From NCBI GenBank assembly GCA_964448295.1, contig CAYUVV010000002.1:19081-83080 (forward strand): a stretch of 64,000 nt of DNA. The letters run 5' to 3'. The position numbers were made by a program, and so were the translations under genes. This DNA comes from an uncultured Candidatus Saccharibacteria bacterium (GTDB taxonomy: Bacteria; Patescibacteriota; Minisyncoccia; Phycocordibacterales; JACOZG01). The notes beneath the pieces were generated by a model that saw only the letters and a list, made by a program, of their open reading frames with translations, was not told the DNA's origin and did not search any database. Shown piece after piece: positions 18,921 to 26,830 of the stretch (position 1 is the first letter of the stretch; each line of letters begins with the position of its first letter).

Positions 18921-20423
18921 TTATTTTACTCCGTATTTGTCGCGTATTTCTTTTAACTCGTTGTTTTCTCGCTCTTCTTTACGCTCTCTGCCTTTTTTGC
19001 CTAATTTTTCTAGAGCTTCGTCTGACAAATTAGCCATTTCTTTGGCTTTTTTTGTTAATTGTTCGTTGGTGTTAATTTCTGGATAATCAAGCGCCTCCTC
19101 CAGTAAGGCGTGGAGAATTTGACCTATTTTAGGCCCAGGTTTTAGTCCGGTTTCACGTAAAACATCTTCTCCGCTTATTTTGAGCATCGCCACGGATGTG
19201 GGAGACCTCATTGCTTCTTCGATCATTGATTCGTATTTTCTTAAGCGGTAAGGATTTTCTTTTGGCCGACCCATACCGATCCGATCGCAGTTTCGAACTT
19301 TCATCAAATCCCAAACGTTTTCTGGCCCGACATTTCTTACTATTCGTCTTACAGCCGAAAGGGTTATTCGATCGATATCGGTGAAAAACATATGATAACG
19401 AACCAGTTTCTTAACAACCTCTTCTGTTTTTTTGGCTAAGCGCAGGTTGGTACGCATAATCTGGGAGGCAATTTTTTCACCCACCACATCATGCCCGTAG
19501 AATGTCCAATCTTTTTTGTCTTCGCTCCAGCGTCTGGTTGAGGGCTTACCAATATCATGAAAAAGTACGGCCAGTCTCACGTGAAACGGAAAATTTTTGT
19601 CAGCCGAGTGCTGTAGAGCGCGCAAGGTGTGTTCCCAGACATCATACTTATGGTCGCCGTTTTGCTCTAAGCCGATTCCCTTTTCCAGTTCCGGAGCGAT
19701 GATCGAAAAAGCGCCTATTTTTTGAAGAAAAATTATGCCAACCATTGGTTGAGGCGACATTATTATCCGTTTAAATTCCTCGGTTACCCGCTCTTTAGCG
19801 AGATTACCTAATAAGGGCGATTTGATCGCCATGGCCTGCATCGTTTCGTTGTTTAACGTGAAACCCAGTTCAACCATTAAGCGTATTCCGCGCATAATAC
19901 GCAAAGGATCCTCTTCAAAACGCTCTTCCTGATTACCTACCGCTCGAATTATGCCCCGGCCCAAATCTTCCTGTCCTTTATGCGGATCGGTCAATTTCTG
20001 TTTAGAGACATTAAAAGACATCGCGTTAATAGTAAAGTCGCGCCGCGCCAGATCGTCCAATAGATTGGCGCCGAATTTTACGCTGTCGGGGTGCCTTTTG
20101 TCGGAATACTTCGCTTCCAGACGAAACGGAGTTATTTCAATATTGCGCAAACTTTGGTCTGTTGTGCTTTCGTCAATTACCGTTACTGTTCCAAACGCGT
20201 TTTCATAAATTGTTTTGGGAAAAAGGGTCGTGATTTGTTCCGGTATGGCATCGGTGGCCACATCCCAGTCTTTCGGGCTTTTACCTAGAAGCAGGTCGCG
20301 GACGCAACCCCCGACGAGTTCGGCTTGAAAACCGGCTTGTTCCAAGGTTTTGGTTACTCGTGAAACCTGAATTGGTAGACCTTCTGACCTTATTTTTCCA
20401 AGATTTTTGCCCATTTTTGCCAA
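18921..20423 (-). CDS. cca: CCA-adding tRNA nucleotidyltransferase with HD domain
   Basis: GGCVRDLLLGKSPKDWDVATDA (Pol-beta NTase head). HD motif (LFHDIGKP). Confidence 0.85.
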   Translation of the reverse strand: MAKMGKNLGKIRSEGLPIQVSRVTKTLEQAGFQAELVGGCVRDLLLGKSPKDWDVATDAIPEQITTLFPKTIYENAFGTVTVIDESTTDQSLRNIEITPFRLEAKYSDKRHPDSVKFGANLLDDLARRDFTINAMSFNVSKQKLTDPHKGQEDLGRGIIRAVGNQEERFEEDPLRIMRGIRLMVELGFTLNNETMQAMAIKSPLLGNLAKERVTEEFKRIIMSPQPMVGIIFLQKIGAFSIIAPELEKGIGLEQNGDHKYDVWEHTLRALQHSADKNFPFHVRLAVLFHDIGKPSTRRWSEDKKDWTFYGHDVVGEKIASQIMRTNLRLAKKTEEVVKKLVRYHMFFTDIDRITLSAVRRIVRNVGPENVWDLMKVRNCDRIGMGRPKENPYRLRKYESMIEEAMRSPTSVAMLKISGEDVLRETGLKPGPKIGQILHALLEEALDYPEINTNEQLTKKAKEMANLSDEALEKLGKKGRERKEERENNELKEIRDKYGVK

Positions 20424-20480
20424 TTGTAGTCTTTTTGTTATACTCTTGCCAGTTGTTTGTAAGTTTGGCTTTCGGTGGTT

Positions 20481-20552
20481 GCCCCTGTGGTGAAATGGAT
20501 ATCACGACGGTCTTCGGAACCGTTGTTGGGGGTTCGAATCCCTCCGGGGGCA
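20481..20552 (+). tRNA. tRNA-Arg (anticodon TCG); no encoded CCA
   Basis: Manually folded cloverleaf: acceptor GCCCCTG/CGGGGGC with one G-U pair, D-stem GTGA/TCAC, anticodon stem ACGGT/ACCGT with loop CTTCGGA, T-loop TTCGAAT. Coordinates checked against the overlapping ORF frame. Confidence 0.8.
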
Positions 20553-20564
20553 CAATGAATATAA

Positions 20565-20635
20565 GCGGCCATGGTTTAGTGGTAGAACACGTCCTTGCCA
20601 AGGATGAGACGGGAGTTCGATTCTCCCTGGCCGCA
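20565..20635 (+). tRNA. tRNA-Gly (anticodon GCC); no encoded CCA
   Basis: Acceptor GCGGCCA/TGGCCGC, anticodon loop TTGCCAA, T-loop TTCGATT. Confidence 0.8.
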
Positions 20636-20781
20636 CCGTCCTTAAAAAACCCTTGTTTTGTGGATAATCTTGGGGACATGGTGGATAAAAGACGACCAGC
20701 TTCCTTTATTTTATCGGTCTTTGAGATGTTTGTCCCTATGTTTCTTACGAAACGGTTGTCCTAGATTTTCACGTGTAACAT

Positions 20782-21192
20782 ATGCCCGAGACTGAAAAGC
20801 AAATCGCTGGTCGGATCGGGGAAGAAGCCGTTTGCCGTTTTTTGAAAAACAAAAACTGGACGATTATCGATCGTAATTACCGCCGGTCGTGGGGAGAAAT
20901 AGACGTAATAGCTCGTGAAAACGGGGGAGAAGGGATGCTGGTTTTTGTAGAAGTCAAAACTGTTGTGCGAGATAATTTGGAGCAAGTTTCACGCGAAACA
21001 GATAATTACGAGCCGGAAGACAACATCCATCCTTGGAAACTGAAACGCCTGTCGCGGGTAATTCAGACTTATCTTTTTGATAAAAATATCCCAGACGAAG
21101 CCGATTGGCGGTTCGATGTCGCCGCTGTTTATCTAGATCGGGGATTGAAACTATTGAAAATAGACCACCTCGAAGACCTAGAGTTGTGCTAA
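20782..21192 (+). CDS. yraN: YraN/UPF0102 family endonuclease
   Basis: GEIDVIARENG...LVFVEVKT pattern typical of YraN. Confidence 0.75.
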   Translation: MPETEKQIAGRIGEEAVCRFLKNKNWTIIDRNYRRSWGEIDVIARENGGEGMLVFVEVKTVVRDNLEQVSRETDNYEPEDNIHPWKLKRLSRVIQTYLFDKNIPDEADWRFDVAAVYLDRGLKLLKIDHLEDLELC

Positions 21193-21680
21193 ATCAAACA
21201 ATACACCGGCCCCCAGTCTCTCAACATCAAACTGACAGTCTACAATCAAGATGCTTCCCAATCACAAGAAGCCACCAAACGGATCTGGGTGGGGGAGGGG
21301 GTGCGGGCGCTTGGTGTGTTGCCGCTTGATGGTTCCCCGAAAGAAGCCCGAACCGCCGCCATTGACGGCAATCTGGCCTGGGTTCAGCGTCTTAACCCTC
21401 AAGAAATCGTCGCGATTGATATTTCCGACCCCTCTAATCTCGAACGTCTCTTCACTTTCAGCACCTCTCCCCGTGTGGCCTGGTCTTTGGCCGCCGAACA
21501 CGGTCGGATCTATGCCGCCAATGGCGGCGGCGGGTTTGATATTTGGATTAATCCCACTAATCCTCAAACCCGCGCTAAATACAGCTATGACCCCAACGCT
21601 TATGTTGGTAATCGTAGCTACTACGGCGTATTCGTCTTGGCCGATCCTTACAATCCTTATATTCAGGAGACAATAATTAA
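21193..21680 (+). pseudogene. 5' part of a host gene (LVIVD/beta-propeller-like repeat protein) interrupted by the IS1595-family element
   Basis: The frame is open from the yraN stop. It reads ...AIDISDPSNLERLF...RIYAANGGGGFDIWINPT...YNPYIQETIIK and runs straight into the element's left inverted repeat. Its continuation (…TNPDPGPYPGGDIKEGYYRDGVIYWGNYTHDFFTTSTQ*) resumes in frame after the right-hand TSD at 25087-25204. Confidence 0.6.
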
Positions 21681-21836
21681 GGTGACTATCCCTTGACAGC
21701 AGGTACGCTGTGAACTAGGATTGAGAGATGATTTTCGTAAAAATACACTTCCAACTGTGGATAAGATTTTCAAAAACTATATTTCTAGCCATTTTTCAGG
21801 ACTAGTCAAATCGTCTTGGTTTGCTAGAATTGTAGT

Positions 21837-23705
21837 ATGCCTCGATCAAGAAACAGCGAAGTAGATGCATACATTTTTATAAAAGAAACGCTTGAAAGCC
21901 TTGGATGGAATGTAAAAAATCCTGCTCGAAATCCGAATGGACAAGTTTACACCCAAACGGAATGCCAAGACCATCCTGAAATAAAAAAACGCCTTGACAG
22001 GCTCACTCCTGAAAATATAGTGAAATTGTCCGAGACTAAGTTCTGGGTCATCGAATCGAAGAAAGAGCACAAACAACTACAGCAGGCCCTTGAAGAAGCG
22101 AAAAAGGACTATGCGGAAAAGATAAACCAAAGCTCTACGATAAAAGCTGTTCTAATCTCTGGCGTCGCTGGCAATAGGACTGACAGTTATTTCGTTGAGA
22201 ATGAATACTTTGATGGGGTTAAATGGAAGCCTGTAACTATCAACGGAAAGAAGGCGTCGGCTCTTTTGTCGCCCGAAGAAGTGAAGACGATACTTGGTCA
22301 AAACTCCGCTGAGATCAAGGATATAATCATTGACGAAAATCTGTTCTTAGAAAAGGCGGAAAAGATAAACGAGATTCTTCATCTCGGAGCCATAAACAAA
22401 AACTACCGCGCACGAGTAATGGCGGCGATTCTCCTTTCCCTTATAGACGAGACGCCCCCGAATATAGAAGCGGCTCCCGTTACTCTGATGAAGGATATAA
22501 ACTCTCGTGTCGAGAGTGTCCTACAGAAGGAAGGAAAAAGGGATTTTGCCAGCCAAATAATGATTGAGCTTCCACCATCAACAGATAATCATGTGAAGTT
22601 CAAGAAGGCACTCGTTGATACCATCCAAGAATTGAATATCCTCAATATCCGATCCGCGATGAACTCTGGCACCGACGTGCTCGGCAAGTTCTACGAGGTG
22701 TTTTTGAAATACGGCAACGGAGCAAAAGAGATCGGTATCGTCCTTACACCTCGGCATATCACTCAATACGCTGTCGAGATTTTGGATGTGGGGCCGAACG
22801 ATATTATCTTCGACCCTACTTGCGGCACGGGAGGATTCCTCGTCGCCGCGTTCGACTATGTGAAGAAAAAGGCCAGCGAAAAGCAAATAGACAAGTTCAA
22901 GCAAAAAAACATATTCGGTATAGACCAAGAGCCTCCAGTCGTTGCTTTGGCAATCGTCAATATGATATTCAGAGGCGACGGCAAGAACAACATCATCGAG
23001 GGTAATTGCTTCCAAAAGAACCTGATCGCGAGTGGGGACACTGCGAAGTATGTAAGCGAGTATAAGAAAGACGAGCAGGCAATAACCAAGGTACTTATGA
23101 ATCCTCCCTTTGCGCTCAAAAGCAGTGATGAAAAGGAATACAGGTTTATTGATTATGCCTTAAAGCAGATGCAGGATGGCGGTACGCTTTTCTGCGTGTT
23201 GCCTTATTCAGCCATGTCGAAATCGTCGGGCTACGATGAATGGAGAAAGACGCTCGTACAGAACAACACCCTGCTTTCTGTAGTAACTTTCCCCGAAGAC
23301 CTTTTCTATCCGGTCGGTGTCTTTACAGTTGGCATCTTCGTCAAGAAAGGCATACCGCACCCGAAAGGGCAAAATGTCTTGTGGGTTAGGGCCATTACGG
23401 ACGGCTATGTGAAGAAAAAAGGCAAAAGACTGGTACCTGATAGGCCGGTTACAAACTTTCTCTCTGAATCAAAAGAGAATGTCCGATCATTTGTCTCGAA
23501 CCCTGAAATCAAACTAGAAAGCAGGCCGAAGCTCATAAAGGAATCGCCAATCAACTGGACTGACCCGCGCCTTGAATTGGTGCCCGAAGTCTATTTGGAT
23601 GACAATGACATGACAGCCGATGCTGTGAAGAAAGAGATAAAGTATTTGGTCAAGGAGGTCGCCTCGTTCAAAATTAAGTACAGCGATCTATTATACGAGA
23701 AATGA
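21837..23705 (+). CDS. N6-adenine DNA methyltransferase (HsdM-like / Type IIG-like gamma-class), cargo of the IS element
   Basis: SAM motif I FDPTCGTGGFLVAA and catalytic motif IV NPPF (MNPPFALK). N-terminal about 200-aa HsdM_N-like region. AT-rich codon usage unlike the host. Confidence 0.8.
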   Translation: MPRSRNSEVDAYIFIKETLESLGWNVKNPARNPNGQVYTQTECQDHPEIKKRLDRLTPENIVKLSETKFWVIESKKEHKQLQQALEEAKKDYAEKINQSSTIKAVLISGVAGNRTDSYFVENEYFDGVKWKPVTINGKKASALLSPEEVKTILGQNSAEIKDIIIDENLFLEKAEKINEILHLGAINKNYRARVMAAILLSLIDETPPNIEAAPVTLMKDINSRVESVLQKEGKRDFASQIMIELPPSTDNHVKFKKALVDTIQELNILNIRSAMNSGTDVLGKFYEVFLKYGNGAKEIGIVLTPRHITQYAVEILDVGPNDIIFDPTCGTGGFLVAAFDYVKKKASEKQIDKFKQKNIFGIDQEPPVVALAIVNMIFRGDGKNNIIEGNCFQKNLIASGDTAKYVSEYKKDEQAITKVLMNPPFALKSSDEKEYRFIDYALKQMQDGGTLFCVLPYSAMSKSSGYDEWRKTLVQNNTLLSVVTFPEDLFYPVGVFTVGIFVKKGIPHPKGQNVLWVRAITDGYVKKKGKRLVPDRPVTNFLSESKENVRSFVSNPEIKLESRPKLIKESPINWTDPRLELVPEVYLDDNDMTADAVKKEIKYLVKEVASFKIKYSDLLYEK

Positions 23706-24139
23706 AACTCAAAGACATATTCACAATAGAATACGGACAGAGGGAGTATCACTCAAAGGAGGGCCTTAAAAAGGGCAAGACTATCATGATCTCCTCTCAA
23801 TCAACCGATAACGGATGCTACGGATTTTTCGATGTGCCCGTGAGATATAAGGCTCCGTTCATAACGATACAGAGTACGGGAAGCGTCGGCGAGGCTACAG
23901 TGCAGGAGTTTGATTGTTGTGTTGATGATAATTGCCTGATACTCACACCGAAAGAAAAAATGGACTTGACCGAGCTGTATTTCATAGCCGCCGTTCTTCG
24001 ATTAAGCAAGTGGCGTTTCAGTTATGGAGGCAGAAAAGTTACCCCTCCTCGCATCGAGGAGATGGAGATTCCTGACATCAATCCGCCAATTAAGTACGAA
24101 GAGGTCGTGGCGGAATTGTCCGCCGTCCTGAAACGATAA
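23702..24139 (+). CDS. Putative single target-recognition domain (HsdS-like half specificity subunit), translationally coupled (ATGA) to the methyltransferase
   Basis: 145 aa, ITIQSTGSVGEATV pattern reminiscent of Type I S-subunit target-recognition domains. Assignment is tentative. Confidence 0.45.
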   Translation: MKLKDIFTIEYGQREYHSKEGLKKGKTIMISSQSTDNGCYGFFDVPVRYKAPFITIQSTGSVGEATVQEFDCCVDDNCLILTPKEKMDLTELYFIAAVLRLSKWRFSYGGRKVTPPRIEEMEIPDINPPIKYEEVVAELSAVLKR

Positions 24140-24168
24140 AATGAACAAAAAGAAATTCCAAAAACTAA

Positions 24169-25029
24169 TTAGGCTCGCTTCACAACCTGTCCAAGCATGG
24201 CCTCGAAAAGCGAAGCGTCCCCATGACGCTGATTCCAGCGATACACAAACTCATCAACGTAAGACTGCAAATACTTCGGCGAAACAACGCGGTGTGTCCC
24301 GTCCAAAGAACGCTTAAGCAAGCTCCAAAAACTTTCAATCGTGTTGGTGTGGATTTTGCCACGGACGTACTCTTTGACAGCGTGTTTTATGTACTGGTGA
24401 TTGTACCCCTGTCGGGCGATTTGATTGTAAATGTTAAACTCGTCTGTCATAACATTGCTACCTTTTCGTACGGATGAGTTTATGATCGGCTGTATCGTCA
24501 ATGTTTTTACGTTTGGCACAACTGATGCTTTAACTTTTCCAGTACGGCTTGCGATACCAAAGACAGGCGTTTTATTTTCCGCTCCACGGCCACGTTTATT
24601 GTTTCGTCCTTTACCTCCAACATACGTCTCGTCTATCTCAACTGTGCCACTAAACATATTGCCGTTTTGGGCAAAGAGTAATCGTATCTGCTTTGCCATT
24701 CTCCAAGCACACTTATAAGTTACGCCGATCTGGCGTTCAATTTCTTTAGCGGATACTCCGTTACGGCTTGAGGCAAACAAGAAGATGGCATGAAACCAAT
24801 CATGCAGTGACGTAGGAGACTTGTGGAATATGGTGCCAGCGACAGGATGAACAGAATGGCCACACTGACAATCATATCGCTTACGACCCTCTATGAGATG
24901 ATGGCTGTTCTTTTTGCCACAGTCGGGGCATTTATAGCCCTTTCCGTAGCGATTAGTAAATATAGCTTGTAAGCAGGCGTTATCGTCTGGGTAATCCTTA
25001 TTGAAGTCCTTTATGGTATACTTTTTCAT
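24169..25029 (-). CDS. IS1595-family (ISXO2-like) DDE transposase with N-terminal zinc ribbon
   Basis: N-terminal C-x2-C...C-x-C (YKCPDCGKKNSHHLIEGRKRYDCQCGH). Central DDE region (DEFNIYNQIARQGYNHQYIKH...E). The ORF track starts at TTG 25047; Met-7 (25029) is the likelier start. Confidence 0.85.
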   Translation of the reverse strand: MKKYTIKDFNKDYPDDNACLQAIFTNRYGKGYKCPDCGKKNSHHLIEGRKRYDCQCGHSVHPVAGTIFHKSPTSLHDWFHAIFLFASSRNGVSAKEIERQIGVTYKCAWRMAKQIRLLFAQNGNMFSGTVEIDETYVGGKGRNNKRGRGAENKTPVFGIASRTGKVKASVVPNVKTLTIQPIINSSVRKGSNVMTDEFNIYNQIARQGYNHQYIKHAVKEYVRGKIHTNTIESFWSLLKRSLDGTHRVVSPKYLQSYVDEFVYRWNQRHGDASLFEAMLGQVVKRA

Positions 25030-25078
25030 ATACAGACAGTCTAGCAAATAGGCTACCTGCTGTCAAGGGATAGTCACC

Positions 25079-25204
25079 ATAATTAAAACCAATCCCGACC
25101 CGGGCCCTTATCCGGGCGGCGATATCAAGGAGGGCTATTATCGTGATGGCGTAATTTATTGGGGCAACTACACCCACGATTTCTTCACCACCTCAACACA
25201 ATAA
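25079..25204 (+). pseudogene. 3' part of the same interrupted host gene (resumes in frame after the TSD)
   Basis: Removing the element and one copy of ATAATTAA restores ...QETIIKTNPDPGPYPGG...TSTQ* as one continuous frame. Confidence 0.55.
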
Positions 25205-25268
25205 CTTTTGGTTTGTGCTAGTCTGGTGTGGGCGGGCTTGCCCGCCGTAGTCAGTCGGCGAGCGGAGG

Positions 25269-25341
25269 CGGGGCATAGTGTAACGGCTAACATACTCGCT
25301 TTGGGAGCGAGCGACTCCCGGTTCGAATCCGGGTGCCCCGA
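25269..25341 (+). tRNA. tRNA-Pro (anticodon TGG); no encoded CCA
   Basis: Acceptor CGGGGCA/TGCCCCG, anticodon stem CTCGC/GCGAG with loop TTTGGGA, T-loop TTCGAAT. Confidence 0.75.
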
Positions 25342-25441
25342 TACTTGACTTTTTAACTGCTTTTTGCTACAATAGAAGAGGAGTTTGGTAAGTACCTTGA
25401 TTTTCCTACCTTTTTTCGGCCTTAGGCCGGAGGAGATTGCC

Positions 25442-25660
25442 GTGAAAAACAACCGTTTTTTGGCTATTTTGGGTCTTCTCGTCCTCGCGCCAATTTTTGG
25501 CATGGGATGCGACGAAGGCCTGACCATCGTTTTCGATGATGGTTACGGATATGGTTCGTCATACTCCTACACGGAGTATGATGAGGATTGTGATTTTTGG
25601 CACGGATGTACGTACACGTACACCACCCGCTACTATTCCTATAAAGGGGGCGCGCGATGA
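25442..25660 (+). CDS. Small secreted/lipoprotein-like Tyr-rich protein (72 aa)
   Basis: GTG start 7 nt after the AGGAG ribosome-binding site. Signal-like NNRFLAILGLLVLAPIFGMGC, then Tyr/Gly/Asp-rich YGYGSSYSYTEYDEDCDFWHGCTYTYTTRYYSYKGG. ATGA overlap with the next gene. (ORF track: 25385 TTG.). Confidence 0.5.
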   Translation: MKNNRFLAILGLLVLAPIFGMGCDEGLTIVFDDGYGYGSSYSYTEYDEDCDFWHGCTYTYTTRYYSYKGGAR

Positions 25661-26016
25661 GAAAGTCCGTTTTTTGGGCCATAATTATTACGGTCGCGTT
25701 CTGGCTCGGGGGATCTTGCGGTTGCGCGATTTCTCGCGTAACCGACAAGGTTCGCATCCAAGGACGGGAACGGACCGAGGAAACCTCCGGCGTGAAGTTT
25801 TGGTCGCAGGAGGCGACCACGACAGTTACCGCCCCTGACGGGTCGTCTTATACCGAGACCCGTCCGGTGGGTTTGATGGGGGCGATTTTCGGGACGACCA
25901 ATTGGTACGGCGTCCCGCCCCCGGAGATCTACATTTATCGCGGCGGCGGTAGTCATTGTTACTCCAACCACCGCGAAGTAGTATGGCGGCGAACGATTTA
26001 CGTTCGTCGTCGTTAG
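25657..26016 (+). CDS. Small lipoprotein-like protein (119 aa)
   Basis: MRKSVFWAIIITVAFWLGGSCGC (signal plus Cys). A purine-rich AAAGGGGGCGCGCG ribosome-binding site lies just upstream. A poly-G run (10-11 G) follows the stop. Confidence 0.5.
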   Translation: MRKSVFWAIIITVAFWLGGSCGCAISRVTDKVRIQGRERTEETSGVKFWSQEATTTVTAPDGSSYTETRPVGLMGAIFGTTNWYGVPPPEIYIYRGGGSHCYSNHREVVWRRTIYVRRR

Positions 26017-26074
26017 GTAGGGGGGGGGGGAGTGGATTCGGCTGGCGGGCCGGATCCAACTGCGGACCCGTCGT

Positions 26075-26112
26075 TGGCTTTCGAGCTGACGGCGGGTCTA
26101 TTTTTTTAAGTT
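26075..26112 (+). terminator. Putative rho-independent terminator after the small-lipoprotein pair
   Basis: Inverted repeat GACCCGTCG...CGGCGGGTC followed by a T7 run. Confidence 0.45.
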
Positions 26113-26142
26113 AAACGATGTGGTAATCTGATTTAGCTGAGG

Positions 26143-26214
26143 CGGAGCGTAGTGTAACGGTAACATGCACGATTCGGGTTCGTGTGACTCCGGGTTCAAA
26201 TCCCGGCGCTCCGA
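26143..26214 (+). tRNA. tRNA-Pro (anticodon CGG); no encoded CCA
   Basis: Acceptor CGGAGCG/CGCTCCG, anticodon stem CACGA/TCGTG with loop TTCGGGT, T-loop TTCAAAT. Confidence 0.75.
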
Positions 26215-26320
26215 TATTTTGAGGTAATTTGCGCTCCGGCCTACCTTTTGTTTATAATCAAAAGTGGAGTCAATTGGCATTGGGGCTGATTGGCGCGCAG
26301 TTTTTGCTTTAGGAGGATTT

Positions 26321-26593
26321 ATGAAAACTTCTATGGCAGTTGACGATTTGAGGCAATCTATTAGGGACGGCGATCCCGAACGTGTTCGGGAGGGGTTGGA
26401 CGTTTTGCGCCAAGCGGCTCAAGATTTCGTTAGTGCTTATGAGAATATGTGGGCGGCGTGCTCGATCCCTTTCCGAGACGAGCTAAACACAAGATATCCT
26501 CGACTTATGACAGATGTTTGCGATTTTCGGAATTTTATTGCCACGAAGGCGAAAGAAGGAGATCTGTGTCAGCCCGAACTCGATTTTTCCTGA
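26321..26593 (+). CDS. Small hypothetical cytoplasmic protein (90 aa)
   Basis: ATG 6 nt after an AGGAGG ribosome-binding site. The ORF track begins at an upstream GTG (26264), which is probably not used. Confidence 0.45.
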   Translation: MKTSMAVDDLRQSIRDGDPERVREGLDVLRQAAQDFVSAYENMWAACSIPFRDELNTRYPRLMTDVCDFRNFIATKAKEGDLCQPELDFS

Positions 26594-26673
26594 CAAGACG
26601 ATCTCGATAGAACTTGGCCCCCCGCACATTAGTGTCGGCGAAACGCCGTGGTGTGTTGTGGGGGTCTTATTTT

Positions 26674-26744
26674 CGGGACGTAGTATACCGGTAGTACGCG
26701 CCCATGGGGTGGGTGTAGACCGGGTTCGATTCCCGGCGTCCCGA
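26674..26744 (+). tRNA. tRNA-Pro (anticodon GGG); no encoded CCA
   Basis: Acceptor CGGGACG/CGTCCCG, anticodon stem CGCCC/GGGTG with loop ATGGGGT, T-loop TTCGATT. Coordinates set from the overlapping ORF frames. Confidence 0.75.
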
Positions 26745-26756
26745 TTGTTGGCTCGG

Positions 26757-26827
26757 GCGGACATCGTATAGTGGTAGTACGACTGCCTTCCAAGCAGTAA
26801 GCGCGAGTCCGATTCTCGCTGTCCGCA
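26757..26827 (+). tRNA. tRNA-Gly (anticodon TCC); no encoded CCA
   Basis: Acceptor GCGGACA/TGTCCGC, D-stem CGTA/TACG, anticodon stem ACTGC/GCAGT with loop CTTCCAA. Closely resembles E. coli tRNA-Gly(UCC). Confidence 0.8.
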
Positions 26828-26830
26828 TCT

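Larger units (their letters stand above)
21681..25078 (+). mobile_element. IS1595-family composite insertion element (about 3.4 kb) carrying a methyltransferase/specificity cargo; 25-bp terminal inverted repeats; 8-bp target-site duplication ATAATTAA
   Basis: Left inverted repeat GGTGACTATCCCTTGACAGCAGGTA (21681-21705). Right inverted repeat is its exact reverse complement TACCTGCTGTCAAGGGATAGTCACC (25054-25078). Identical ATAATTAA direct repeats lie at 21673-21680 and 25079-25086. The interior is AT-rich relative to the flanks. Confidence 0.85.

Noticed and set aside
25168-26059. Several minus-strand ORFs (25168-25527, 25464-25820, 25639-25971, 25826-26059) across the tRNA island
   Set aside because: Overlap tRNA genes and the better-supported plus-strand small lipoprotein genes (ribosome-binding sites, signal peptides). 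Their translations are Arg/Pro-rich.
26757-26827. Apparent extra A bulge in the tRNA-Gly(TCC) acceptor stem
   Set aside because: Came from my off-by-one reading across a line break. The overlapping ORF translations fix the sequence as GCGGACA…TGTCCGC, a normal stem.
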